From Saccharofermentans sp. (GTDB lineage: Bacteria > Bacillota > Clostridia > Saccharofermentanales > Saccharofermentanaceae): a DNA stretch of 64,000 nucleotides. The stretch covers positions 6,588 through 70,587 of the forward strand of contig JAILDX010000018.1 of the NCBI GenBank assembly GCA_024688685.1. Direction: 5' to 3'. This document shows positions 9,257 through 18,747 of the stretch, in pieces. Position numbers and translations under genes: made by a program. The stretch's first letter is position 1, and each line of letters opens with the position of its first letter. The notes beneath the pieces were generated by a model. It ran no database searches. It was not told the origin of the DNA and worked only from the letters and a program-made list of their open reading frames with translations.

Positions 9257-10603
9257 ATGATTACACTCGATTATTCCAATGTACTTCCTTTTATCGGCGG
9301 CCAGGAGGCTGTTGACAGGATGGAACCCCAGGTTAAGGCAGCTCACGATATGCTTCACAAGAAGAACGGCCCAGGAAATGACTTCCTTGGCTGGCTTGAT
9401 CTTCCCAATGCATACGACAAAGAGGAGTTTGCAAGGATCAGGAAGGCTGCAGCTAAGATCAGAAGAGATACAGACGTTCTCGTCGTAATCGGTATCGGCG
9501 GTTCTTATCTCGGTGCAAGAGCAGTTATCGAGCTCTTGAACCATTCTTTCGCAAACCTGCTCACAAAGAAGGACAGGAAGGCTCCCCAGATCATCTTCTG
9601 CGGTAATTCAATTTCCGCTACATATTTCGCTGAGATGATGGATGTGCTCGAGGGCAAGAACGTTTCCCTCAATATCATTTCAAAGTCCGGTACAACAACA
9701 GAGCCTGCTATCGCTTTCAGGATCCTGAAGGCTTACATGGAGAACAAGTACGGCAAGAAAGAGGCTAAGAACCGAATTTATGCCACAACAGATAAGGCAA
9801 GAGGCGCTCTCAAGGGTCTTGCTGACAAGGAAGGCTATGAGTCTTTCGTAGTACCTGATGATGTCGGAGGAAGATTCTCCGTTCTCACTGCTGTAGGACT
9901 TCTTCCTATCGCAGTTGCAGGCATTGATATCAGAGAACTCATGAAGGGTGCAAAGGATGCTGCAAAGGCTTACAAGAAGATGCCTTTGTCAGAGAATCCC
10001 TGCTACCAGTATGCTGCAGTACGTAACTGCCTGCTCAGAACAGGTTACACAACAGAGGTTATGGTTAATTACGAGCCTTCATTCCACTATATGACAGAGT
10101 GGTGGAAGCAGCTTTACGGCGAGTCCGAGGGTAAGGACGGCAGGGGAATCTTCCCGGCAGGCGTTGATAACACAACAGATCTGCACTCCATGGGTCAGTT
10201 CATCCAGGATGGCGCAAGGATCATGTTCGAGACAGTTGTCTCAATCGACAATCCCCGTGCTTCCTACGAGATCCCCAACGATCCCAAGAACCTTGACGGT
10301 CTCAACTTCCTGTCCGGCATGGATATGAACGAAGTCAACAAGAAGGCTATGCAGGGAACAGTACTTGCTCACGTTGACGGTAAGGTCCCGAACCTCGCTA
10401 TCCACATGGCTGAGCAGAATGCTTACAACCTCGGTGAACTCATCTACTTCTTCGAGAAGGCTTGCGGCATCTCCGGTTACATACTTGCTGTTAATCCTTT
10501 CAACCAGCCCGGTGTTGAGGCTTACAAGAAGAATATGTTTGCTCTTCTCGGAAAGCCCGGTTACGAGGATCAGAAGGCTGCTTTGGAAGCAAGACTTAAA
10601 TAA
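9257..10603 (+). CDS. pgi: Glucose-6-phosphate isomerase
   Basis: [37 protein letters not shown]. Confidence 0.97.
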   Translation: MITLDYSNVLPFIGGQEAVDRMEPQVKAAHDMLHKKNGPGNDFLGWLDLPNAYDKEEFARIRKAAAKIRRDTDVLVVIGIGGSYLGARAVIELLNHSFANLLTKKDRKAPQIIFCGNSISATYFAEMMDVLEGKNVSLNIISKSGTTTEPAIAFRILKAYMENKYGKKEAKNRIYATTDKARGALKGLADKEGYESFVVPDDVGGRFSVLTAVGLLPIAVAGIDIRELMKGAKDAAKAYKKMPLSENPCYQYAAVRNCLLRTGYTTEVMVNYEPSFHYMTEWWKQLYGESEGKDGRGIFPAGVDNTTDLHSMGQFIQDGARIMFETVVSIDNPRASYEIPNDPKNLDGLNFLSGMDMNEVNKKAMQGTVLAHVDGKVPNLAIHMAEQNAYNLGELIYFFEKACGISGYILAVNPFNQPGVEAYKKNMFALLGKPGYEDQKAALEARLK

Positions 10604-10627
10604 TCTTAAGGCAATTCGTTAATTTAC

Positions 10628-10667
10628 AGGGTCGCTCCGGTATCGGGGCGGCCTTTCTTTTTTTTTA
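10628..10667 (+). terminator. Terminator after pgi
   Basis: GGTCGCTCCG/CGGGGCGGCC hairpin plus a long T run. Confidence 0.8.
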
Positions 10668-10784
10668 TAAAATTACAAAATAGTGTCTTTTTGTCACATA
10701 TTTTCGTGAAAATGACTGATTTAGGCAAATTTGCGGTATAATCTATAGCTGGGTAGGTATGCCCTGGCGTTAGCCTACCAAAAA

Positions 10785-11333
10785 ATGAAAGGAGCAAGAG
10801 AAATAGAGAATCAGACTGAGCCAAAGCCCGCTGTCAAAAGACGTAAGAAGACGGCGGCAGATTATGCGATAGAGTTTGCGGTAAAGATCGCCATAACGGT
10901 GGGTGTTATTGTAATACTTCTTGTCTTCGTCATCGGGATCCATGTTAATCACAGCAATTCGTCCTATCCAATGATCAAGGACGGCGACCTGGTGATCACA
11001 TACAAGATCGGTGAAGTGGAGAATGGAGAAGAAATCGCATATAAATCAGAGGATCAGATCAGATTCGGAAGGGTAGTAGCTAAAGCAGGAGATGTAATAG
11101 ACATTACTGATTCCTATGTTACCGTAAACGGCTACGGCGTCACGGAGGATGTTGTTTACCCGACATCGTCAGATGGCGCGGCAATCGAGTTCCCCTATAC
11201 CGTTCCTGCAGATTCTATATTTGTCATGAACGATTTCAGAAACGATATGAACGACAGCAGGTCGTTTGGCGGCGTAGCGCTTACGGATGTGGAAGGTAAA
11301 GTCATATTCCTTCTCCGCAGGCGGGGCATATAA
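10785..11333 (+). CDS. Signal-peptidase-I-like pilus accessory protein (SipA/LepA-like)
   Basis: S26 fold motifs (SYPMIKDGD, RVVAKAGD, NDSRSFG); Gly at the catalytic Lys position; first gene of the pilus locus. Confidence 0.75.
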   Translation: MKGAREIENQTEPKPAVKRRKKTAADYAIEFAVKIAITVGVIVILLVFVIGIHVNHSNSSYPMIKDGDLVITYKIGEVENGEEIAYKSEDQIRFGRVVAKAGDVIDITDSYVTVNGYGVTEDVVYPTSSDGAAIEFPYTVPADSIFVMNDFRNDMNDSRSFGGVALTDVEGKVIFLLRRRGI

Positions 11334-11377
11334 ACAAGTTTTCCAAAGTTTTTCAAAATATAAGGAGGAAACGGAAA

Positions 11378-12625
11378 ATGAAAACCAGTGTTTTCAAAAG
11401 GTTATCAGCGGTGCTGGTAACAGCTGCTGTGGCAACAGCAGTAGTGCTGCCTATATGTGCAGCAGAGAAGACCTACGATGGTCTTTCAGCAGATACACCT
11501 TGTAAGACTTTTACGTTTGACAAGTATCTGATCCTGGACAAGGACTACAATGTTCCTGATGCAACATTCAATTTTGTACTGGCTGCAAGCACAACACATG
11601 AATCTGAGGGAACGAAGGAAGGTATTGTCACAGGAGTAAAATTCGGTGGAGATGCAATCTCCTCAACAAATCAGATTCATGTTGATTTTAGTCACACAGA
11701 TACTACTTACACAAATGCAGATCTGCCGAGTGATTATAACGTTACTCTGACAGCTGATCAGAAGTGTGTAAAGAAATCAGCAACAATCGATTTCTCTGGA
11801 GTTGCTTTTACAGAACCCGGTATCTATGAATACACACTGACTGAGGACATATCCGGAACAGGAAGTTCAAGTGTTGATAATATGACACGTTATCTTTACG
11901 TTTTGGTTGAAGACAATTCAACAGCGACAGAAGATCACCTGAAGCTTGCAGGCTACTTCCTTTCTACTGCAGGACTGGATGCTTCTGCAAAGTCTGATGG
12001 ATTCAGAAACAGATATCCTTCATTTACTCTTACATTCGGTAAAGAGGTAACAGGTAATCAGGGTTCAAAAGACAAGTATTTCAAGTTTACTCTTAAAACA
12101 ACAACTAACATCCCTGATACAGATGTTTTTGCTGTTGATATGACAAATGCGACAAAAAATCCTACAAAAACCCAGGCAACAGTTTATGAGGAATCAGTAA
12201 TGGCTGATGCAAATAATGTTATTACGATTACAGGTGCTCAGCTTAAGGCAGGTAAGGATTTCTATCTGCAGGATGGTGACTATATCACGATCCTTGGTCT
12301 TCCTGAGAATCTTGCTTATGAGGTTACTGAAGTTTCAGAGGATGATTATACAGCCGCAGATGGAATTTCTGTTGCAAACTCATCTCTCGATTACGATGGT
12401 ACTGCAGGATATGATGAACTTACTGATAATCCGAGCGGAACAATATCAGCCAATGTCTACACAGGTTTCACAAACAACAAGGAAGGTGTAATCCCTACAG
12501 GTATCATCATGTCTGCTCTTCCTGTGATCATTGTCGGTATCGTTGTAGCCGGTGGTGTTGTCTTCTTCGCAGTTAGGAACGCTAAGCGTAAGGCTGAAGA
12601 AGCTTCTGAGGCTGACGAAGAATAA
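11378..12625 (+). CDS. Backbone pilin (Spy0128/FctA-like) with VIPTG sorting signal
   Basis: Signal peptide; FTEPGIYEYTLTE and KEVTGNQGSKDKYFKF domains; VIPTG + TM helix + charged tail. Confidence 0.85.
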   Translation: MKTSVFKRLSAVLVTAAVATAVVLPICAAEKTYDGLSADTPCKTFTFDKYLILDKDYNVPDATFNFVLAASTTHESEGTKEGIVTGVKFGGDAISSTNQIHVDFSHTDTTYTNADLPSDYNVTLTADQKCVKKSATIDFSGVAFTEPGIYEYTLTEDISGTGSSSVDNMTRYLYVLVEDNSTATEDHLKLAGYFLSTAGLDASAKSDGFRNRYPSFTLTFGKEVTGNQGSKDKYFKFTLKTTTNIPDTDVFAVDMTNATKNPTKTQATVYEESVMADANNVITITGAQLKAGKDFYLQDGDYITILGLPENLAYEVTEVSEDDYTAADGISVANSSLDYDGTAGYDELTDNPSGTISANVYTGFTNNKEGVIPTGIIMSALPVIIVGIVVAGGVVFFAVRNAKRKAEEASEADEE

Positions 12626-12634
12626 TTTCAGACA

Positions 12635-13330
12635 TTGAAGAAGTTCTGGAAAGTAATGAATGACATCTACGAGAAGGTTATGCTCGGGGTGTTCATCGCG
12701 GCACTGCTTGTCGTGATATATGCCATGTATGATACGTGGTATGTTTTCGATCAGGCAGGTGATGATTCGTATCTCCAGTTCAGACCGGACCGTGTCAATG
12801 CGGATACTCTCCCGGATTATCCCATTACAGAGGATATGGTCGCATGGTTGACTTTGTACGATACGACTATCGATTATCCCGTTATGCAGGGTAAGACTAA
12901 CGATGAGTATCTCAACAAAAACCCGTACGGCGATTATTCACTGTCCGGAAGCATATTCCTTGACAGCAGGAACTCATCAGACTTTTCAGACACGTATTCC
13001 ATAATATACGGACACCATATGGAGTACGGAAAGATGTTTGGTGCTCTTGATGATTACTTAGACAGTGATTACCTGGCTTCCCACAGCAGAGGTGAACTCC
13101 TCGTGGGAAGGGACGGTAATACAAGGTACGAATTGAAGATCTTCTATGCCACGACAGCAGATGCCAGTGATGAGAAGGTTTTTGATACGGACAAGAGCGA
13201 GGAATTAGTCGAGTTCCTCGAAGCACAGGGTTTTGACGTTAACGACAGGATAATCTGTCTGTCAACCTGTGCAGGTGACGTCTCGTCGACGAGAACGGTC
13301 GTTTTCGCTTATATTTTGGAAAATGAATGA
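12635..13330 (+). CDS. srtB: Class B sortase
   Basis: IDYPVMQG, GSIFLDSRN, IYGHHM, LSTC catalytic motif; TTG start. Confidence 0.9.
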   Translation: MKKFWKVMNDIYEKVMLGVFIAALLVVIYAMYDTWYVFDQAGDDSYLQFRPDRVNADTLPDYPITEDMVAWLTLYDTTIDYPVMQGKTNDEYLNKNPYGDYSLSGSIFLDSRNSSDFSDTYSIIYGHHMEYGKMFGALDDYLDSDYLASHSRGELLVGRDGNTRYELKIFYATTADASDEKVFDTDKSEELVEFLEAQGFDVNDRIICLSTCAGDVSSTRTVVFAYILENE

Positions 13331-13348
13331 TGAAAGGAGGACAGCCTT

Positions 13349-13942
13349 ATGAGTTGTAAGTCATTGCTCAAAGCTATAACTGCGGCAGTTTCATTATGTG
13401 CTGTCCTCCTTTTCATTGTTTTCCCGGTTGAAGCGGAGTTTATGTACACACCGATAACGGTGGAGATACCTATTTCGCTTGAGAGAGCAGGTATAGCGAA
13501 TGAGGACGATTATGAGATCGAGATCGAATCTAATACAAAGGGTTCTCCCATGCCTGATCAGGACAGTATCACTTTCCTGTCGGGAACGAGAGTCTTTACT
13601 TTTGAGATCAACGAGCCCGGAACTTATGAGTACAGGATCTATGAGCGTGCAGGTTCGAGTAGCAAGATTATTTATGACTCCACACTTTATACTGTCACAA
13701 TGTTCGTTACTCAGGACGAGAACGGGATACTGGAGTCAAAGGTCATCCTGTCAAATGGCAGTCTGTTCAAGCCGTCTGCGGTCTGTTTCGTAAACAAGGC
13801 ATCGGGTTCAGGCTCAGGATCAGTTGTTGCAACAGGAGAAAATGTAAGCACGTTTGTTATGCTCGCAATAGTCGCGTTTGCGATATCAGGATCAATCTTA
13901 GCGATTGTTTTGGTACGCAGAAAGGAGGATACGTATGAGTAA
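13349..13942 (+). CDS. Ancillary or anchor pilin
   Basis: Signal peptide, EPGTYEYRIYE, YDSTLYTVTMFV, VVATG + TM + RRKE tail. Confidence 0.75.
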   Translation: MSCKSLLKAITAAVSLCAVLLFIVFPVEAEFMYTPITVEIPISLERAGIANEDDYEIEIESNTKGSPMPDQDSITFLSGTRVFTFEINEPGTYEYRIYERAGSSSKIIYDSTLYTVTMFVTQDENGILESKVILSNGSLFKPSAVCFVNKASGSGSGSVVATGENVSTFVMLAIVAFAISGSILAIVLVRRKEDTYE

Positions 13943-14065
13943 AAAGATACGTGTATTCCTTTGTGCGTTTTTAACTGCAGCAAATATCATTACGATGTTT
14001 GCACCGCAGGTTAGTGTTATTGCGGAAGAATTTGAAGAGACAGAAGCTATCGTTGCTGAAGAAAC
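13935..14065 (+). pseudogene. 5' fragment of a secreted protein (probable adhesin) cut by the IS3 remnant
   Basis: AGGAGG RBS and signal peptide MSKKIRVFLCAFLTAANIITMFAPQVSVIA; frame interrupted at the IS end. Confidence 0.6.
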
Positions 14066-14655
14066 TGGAGTGCGGTGCTTTTTGTATAGTGGTTTTTCCA
14101 TTCATCTGCATTAAATTGTTGTTTAACCCGGTTATTTAAATACTTCCCGTCTTTCTTCCCATTGTGACACGACTTGTATTTTTTCATGGTTTCAGGATAA
14201 AGGCCGTTCTGTTTCATTATCTTTCGAACCATGTATTCGCTCAGGTAATAGCCTTCCTGTTCCAGTCTGCGCTTAACAGCCCTATAACCACAGTTGCGTC
14301 TGTTCTCTTCAAAGATCCGCTCAATTATCTTAACGTACTTCAATTCTGCGAATCGCCGCCTTGAACGACCTTCTTCCTGCTTCCCCACTTGTAGTAATTC
14401 GGCGCATGCAACCCTAATACTCTGCACATCTTTTCCACGCTGAATTCGTTACGATGTTCCTTTATTGCTTCGTATTTCATGCGCGGGGTCGCATAAAGAT
14501 GTGCAGGGATTTTTTTAGTATTTCGGTATCCTCTTGTGATTCTTTCAATTGTTTTTGCAGTGATTTGATCTCTGCTTCCTTTTCTATCAGCTGACGTTCC
14601 AGTTGTTTGTTCTGTGCTCTCAGTTCGGCATCAGGAACCGGTCGTTTGTGAATCC
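14066..14655 (-). mobile_element. Degenerate IS3-family element: orfA 3' end, frameshifted and truncated orfB, one terminal end
   Basis: Minus strand gives orfA ...[18 protein letters not shown] with an A7 run, orf[24 protein letters not shown] and GYRAVKRRL...VRKIMKQNGL; no DDE core; TG-starting end TGGAGTGCGGTGC at 14066. Confidence 0.8.
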
Positions 14656-14920
14656 AAAAACAGTTTTGTACTGCGTTATCACGAGAATCGAAGTGTCAAC
14701 GATCCGTATGATCATTCACGATACTGACGGTTCTGCTTTTGTCGCTATAAGTGATGTTTCGGAGATAGTTGGAAATCACATCAAAAAGAAGAAGGAAGTC
14801 AGGCCAAAGAAAGAACCGGCAGCAGTATCTGCCACCGGTCCTGCTAAAGGTAACGTAAGAGTTTCTGTAAGAGAGCCCCAGCGCAATCCCGCATCACATC
14901 AGGAACATCATAATAGCTGA
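14656..14920 (+). pseudogene. 3' fragment of a YitT-family (DUF2179 domain) gene
   Basis: KTVLYCVITRIEV..IRMIIHDTDGSAFVAISDVSEIVG matches the YitT C-terminus; the TM N-terminus is absent. Confidence 0.7.
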
Positions 14921-15961
14921 ACTGAAAGCTGCATAAACTGCGGCCATCCAGAAAGCCCATGAACCAAAGAATGACTTTGCTGTAAGCTCGCCTTTCTTAA
15001 CGGGCTGGAGCATTGCAATCTCTTCGTCTGTAACGGGACGGCTGATGGGAAGGATATCTTTTTCCTCATCGATGTCCTTGTTTCTCTTCAAAAGGAAGAA
15101 GACACAGATAATACCGAGAACTGCAAGCGATATGTCGCAGGCATTGTCAAATATAGTGGCAGCCTTCTCAGACAGGCCTTCTGATATTAAACCCTGAATG
15201 ACTGAGATCGAATTATTTGCAATGTGCATGAGGCATGCAGGTATTATCGAATGAGACTTGAGAGTTACATAAGCAAGCAGGAGGCCAAGGATGAATGCGT
15301 TAAAAAGCTGTGAGATATTGCCGTGCATTATACCGAACATCAGTGCTGATGCGATGATGCCGAATCTCCAGCTGATATGCGAACATGTGGGAAGAACTGC
15401 GCCTCTGCAGAGAATCTCTTCCGTAATGGGACCGAGGACAGCAACATAAGCGATGGAGATCACGCTTACAAGAATGTTGTCTGATAAGATACCGCTGCTG
15501 ATCATGTTTCCGACCGCTTCAGAAGATGAACCGAAAATGAACGACAAACCCTTCATGATAAGTGAATCAAGGGAAGAGATGCCGACGATCCCGATCATGG
15601 CGAGAACTACATCAAGTGCTCCGATAGCGGGCTTCCTGATAAGCTCTCTGAGTCTGCATGTCTTTGAAAACTTAAGGACAATGACCGCAGTTATCGTGTT
15701 TATGAATATCATCGAGATACCCGTCATCGGCAGATTGTATTCAAAGATGGCTGTCATCATGTTTTCCATCAGATTCGCCTTGTCGCTAGTGTCGATAGAT
15801 CCTCTTGCAACGAGGATAACGACTAGCAGTACCTGAAGTGCCGAAACAATAACACTTGCGCCCAGCATCTGGATAGCGATCGCAAGTGCACCCCAGTTAT
15901 ACCTGTTGTAGATCTTTGACTTGATCTTGTTCCTTTGTCTTACATTGATAGTGTTTTCCAT
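14894..15961 (-). CDS. CPBP/Abi-family intramembrane metalloprotease
   Basis: EEILCRG, FGIMH, HIANN motifs; multi-TM. Confidence 0.9.
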   Translation of the reverse strand: MENTINVRQRNKIKSKIYNRYNWGALAIAIQMLGASVIVSALQVLLVVILVARGSIDTSDKANLMENMMTAIFEYNLPMTGISMIFINTITAVIVLKFSKTCRLRELIRKPAIGALDVVLAMIGIVGISSLDSLIMKGLSFIFGSSSEAVGNMISSGILSDNILVSVISIAYVAVLGPITEEILCRGAVLPTCSHISWRFGIIASALMFGIMHGNISQLFNAFILGLLLAYVTLKSHSIIPACLMHIANNSISVIQGLISEGLSEKAATIFDNACDISLAVLGIICVFFLLKRNKDIDEEKDILPISRPVTDEEIAMLQPVKKGELTAKSFFGSWAFWMAAVYAAFSSAIMMFLM

Positions 15962-16125
15962 GGTAATCCTCCCATTATCTTTACGAGCTCATTTTAACCT
16001 TTTCTCTGCCTCGTGTCCGAAAAAGTCGTAAAACGCATATTTCCTGTCGTGAATCACATCTTTGCTAAAGAACACGAAATGTTGTAAAATTAAGTTTTAG
16101 TAATGAGCGGACGGGAGGACATTCA

Positions 16126-16674
16126 ATGAATTCAGACGTTGAAGAGATGTCAGATTCACTTGTAAGGATATTTGAGAATGTATTGCTTACAGAAGAGAAG
16201 TCCCTGTCGAGAGGTTACTTTTCCGATCTCTCGCTTGCCGAGATGCACACTTTAACAGCTATAGGGCCATACGAAGCCAAGAATATGAGCCAGACGGCAC
16301 AGCTGCTTGGCATCACGACCGGTACTCTTACGGTATCGATCGACCGTCTTGTCAGAAAGGGATACGTCGACAGAAGACGTGACGACCGTGACAAGAGAAT
16401 AGTAAGGATAAGTCTTACAAGAGAGGGCAAACTTGCCTGCAGGATGCATAGCAAGTTCCACAGGGTGCTTGCCAAGAGGATCCTTGAACCGTATGGCACA
16501 GACGACCGCGACAGACTGCTGACTCTGGTCAAGGCGATCGACAAGCACGTGGAAGGACTTCTTCAGAGATATGAAGGAACAGAAGAAGAGAACTCCATCA
16601 GGAAAACAGCAAGACAGATAGTAATAGAGACTGACGATAAGATCAAAAAAAAGGAGACAGAAGACAATGGATGA
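16126..16674 (+). CDS. MarR-family regulator (FabT-like)
   Basis: DLSLAEMHTL, ITTGTLTVSIDRLVRKGYV.R...DKR; adjacent to an ACP gene. Confidence 0.85.
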   Translation: MNSDVEEMSDSLVRIFENVLLTEEKSLSRGYFSDLSLAEMHTLTAIGPYEAKNMSQTAQLLGITTGTLTVSIDRLVRKGYVDRRRDDRDKRIVRISLTREGKLACRMHSKFHRVLAKRILEPYGTDDRDRLLTLVKAIDKHVEGLLQRYEGTEEENSIRKTARQIVIETDDKIKKKETEDNG

Positions 16675-16957
16675 CCCTTCGGGCCCCCGAGAACGTAACA
16701 ATGACGATATGCTGAAGAGAAAGGATATGATCTTCGACGATATCGTCAGGGAACTGACACAGACACTGAATATGTCACCAACCGATATCACGGTCGACCT
16801 TAGCTTAAGGAATGATCTGATACTTGATTCACTTCAGCTTTACGAGCTGGTAATCGATATGGAAGAGGCTTATAACATAAGACTTCCTGACGAGCTTTTG
16901 GATGAGATAGACACAATTCAGGATGTAGTTGACCTGGTCTATAAACTTACGGAATGA
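16667..16957 (+). CDS. Acyl carrier protein
   Basis: LDSL phosphopantetheine site; acidic small protein ending TIQDVVD. Confidence 0.85.
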   Translation: MDDPSGPRERNNDDMLKRKDMIFDDIVRELTQTLNMSPTDITVDLSLRNDLILDSLQLYELVIDMEEAYNIRLPDELLDEIDTIQDVVDLVYKLTE

Positions 16958-17940
16958 GCAGACAGTATATATTCATCATCAGCGGAAGGGCTGATACCAA
17001 ATCACTGAGGACACTGGAGACGGCATTGGCCGCGATCCCCGCTGATATCCGCACGCATTTCGAGTTCAGATATACTGAGTACCCGGGACACGCCGGTGAT
17101 ATCGCACGTGAAGTCAGTGATAAGTTCGGTTCGCGCGTTACGGTGGTATCGTGCGGCGGCGATGGTACGATAAACGAGGTGTGCAACTCCCTTGCGTTTA
17201 CGAGCACTCCGCTGATCTGCCTTCCGTTTGGAACAGGCAATGACCTTTCCAAGACAATATACGGAGTGAAGACCCCCGATCTTAAGGCGAGCCTTGAGAC
17301 TCTTGATCTGTTCAAGGCGAAGAGCATTGACCTGATACGGGTTGACTCTTTCGATGCGATGGGCAGCCATCTTCCGATGTGGTCAAGGTACTGCGTAAAC
17401 GTTGCCTCGATCGGCCTCGATACAAAGGTCCAGGCGAGAGCAAAGTCGATGGTACTTGCAAAACCGAAGTCACAATACGTGCGCAAGACGGCGTATATAA
17501 AATCTGCTTTTGCTTCTATAACTAAGGACCGCGCTTCGAACTTCAGCTATAAACTGGAGCTCGATACGGGCGAGACTTATGAGAGTGAATCATCCGTCAA
17601 CACTCTGATCAGCATATGCAACGGAAAGTTCTATGGTGACGGTTTCTGCCCAGCGCCTAATGCGAAGCTTGATGACGGTATCGCGAATGTCTGTGCCGTT
17701 GACGATGTCAAGTTCGGCAGAGCGCTTAATCTGATAATGCGTTACCGTTTCGGAAAGCATGAAGGGAAACAGGGAATACATTTATTTAAAACAACGAGCG
17801 GGATCATAACGAGCACGGATCCGTCATATCAGCTCCAGGGCAATTATGACGGGGAGGATTTTTACGGACACAGGATCCGTTTCGAGGTCTGTCCGGACGC
17901 GCTCGTGATGTGTTTCCCTCCGGTAAAGGAAGAACAATGA
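16954..17940 (+). CDS. Diacylglycerol-kinase-family lipid kinase
   Basis: TEYPGHA, GGDGTINEV, LPFGTGNDL, NGKFYG. Confidence 0.9.
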   Translation: MSRQYIFIISGRADTKSLRTLETALAAIPADIRTHFEFRYTEYPGHAGDIAREVSDKFGSRVTVVSCGGDGTINEVCNSLAFTSTPLICLPFGTGNDLSKTIYGVKTPDLKASLETLDLFKAKSIDLIRVDSFDAMGSHLPMWSRYCVNVASIGLDTKVQARAKSMVLAKPKSQYVRKTAYIKSAFASITKDRASNFSYKLELDTGETYESESSVNTLISICNGKFYGDGFCPAPNAKLDDGIANVCAVDDVKFGRALNLIMRYRFGKHEGKQGIHLFKTTSGIITSTDPSYQLQGNYDGEDFYGHRIRFEVCPDALVMCFPPVKEEQ

Positions 17941-18629
17941 GCAAGCTTTTAGATAAGAAACTAACAATAGTAATCGGAGCATATGGCTCCGGCAAATCTG
18001 AGATATCCGTTAACCTTGCGATGAAGATGCGTCAGGATGAACCGTCGCAGAAGATACTGCTGGCTGATATGGATATAGTTAATCCTTACTACCGCTCGGC
18101 AGACGCGGCACGCATTCTTGCTGACAACGATATAAGGCTGATAAGTCCTTCATATGCAGGCACAAACGTTGATGCGCCAGTACTTGGCGGCGAGATGTAT
18201 GTTGTCTTTGATGATGACTCATATAAGGGCGTCTTTGACATTGGCGGTGAAGACATGGGCGCAGTAGTGCTCGGTTCGCTCAAGTCAAGACTTGCGGGTA
18301 TCGATTACTCTCTTCTGATGGCGGTAAATATCAACCGCCCGTTCACGTCATCTCCTGAACAGATCGCACAGATGAGCGTCGAACTGTCAGAGGCTGCAGG
18401 ACTTAGGATCGACGGCTATATCAATAATACAAATCTTCTTGAGATGACAACTGCTGCAAATGTCAGGGAAGGCGAGGACATGATCCTTGAGGCGTCTGCC
18501 GTTACGGGAATACCGCTGGTGATGACGACGATGGCTTCTGATGTTTACGATGAAGCGGTTAAAGAGGGCATTGAGTTCCACGCTCCTGAAGTGGTCAAAC
18601 TTACGAAGACTATATTTTATAATTATTAA
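17937..18629 (+). CDS. P-loop ATP-binding protein (MinD/CobQ-like clan)
   Basis: GAYGSGKSE, DMDIVNPYYRS, DIGG. Confidence 0.8.
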   Translation: MSKLLDKKLTIVIGAYGSGKSEISVNLAMKMRQDEPSQKILLADMDIVNPYYRSADAARILADNDIRLISPSYAGTNVDAPVLGGEMYVVFDDDSYKGVFDIGGEDMGAVVLGSLKSRLAGIDYSLLMAVNINRPFTSSPEQIAQMSVELSEAAGLRIDGYINNTNLLEMTTAANVREGEDMILEASAVTGIPLVMTTMASDVYDEAVKEGIEFHAPEVVKLTKTIFYNY

Positions 18630-18747
18630 GTGCAGGCAGCACAACATAATGAACAAAAAGAATCAGGATTATTGAACGGATTTTTGATAAATGTTATAAT
18701 GTCTCTCAGCGAGTCAAATCGTAAATATATTTCAGGAGGGATATGAA

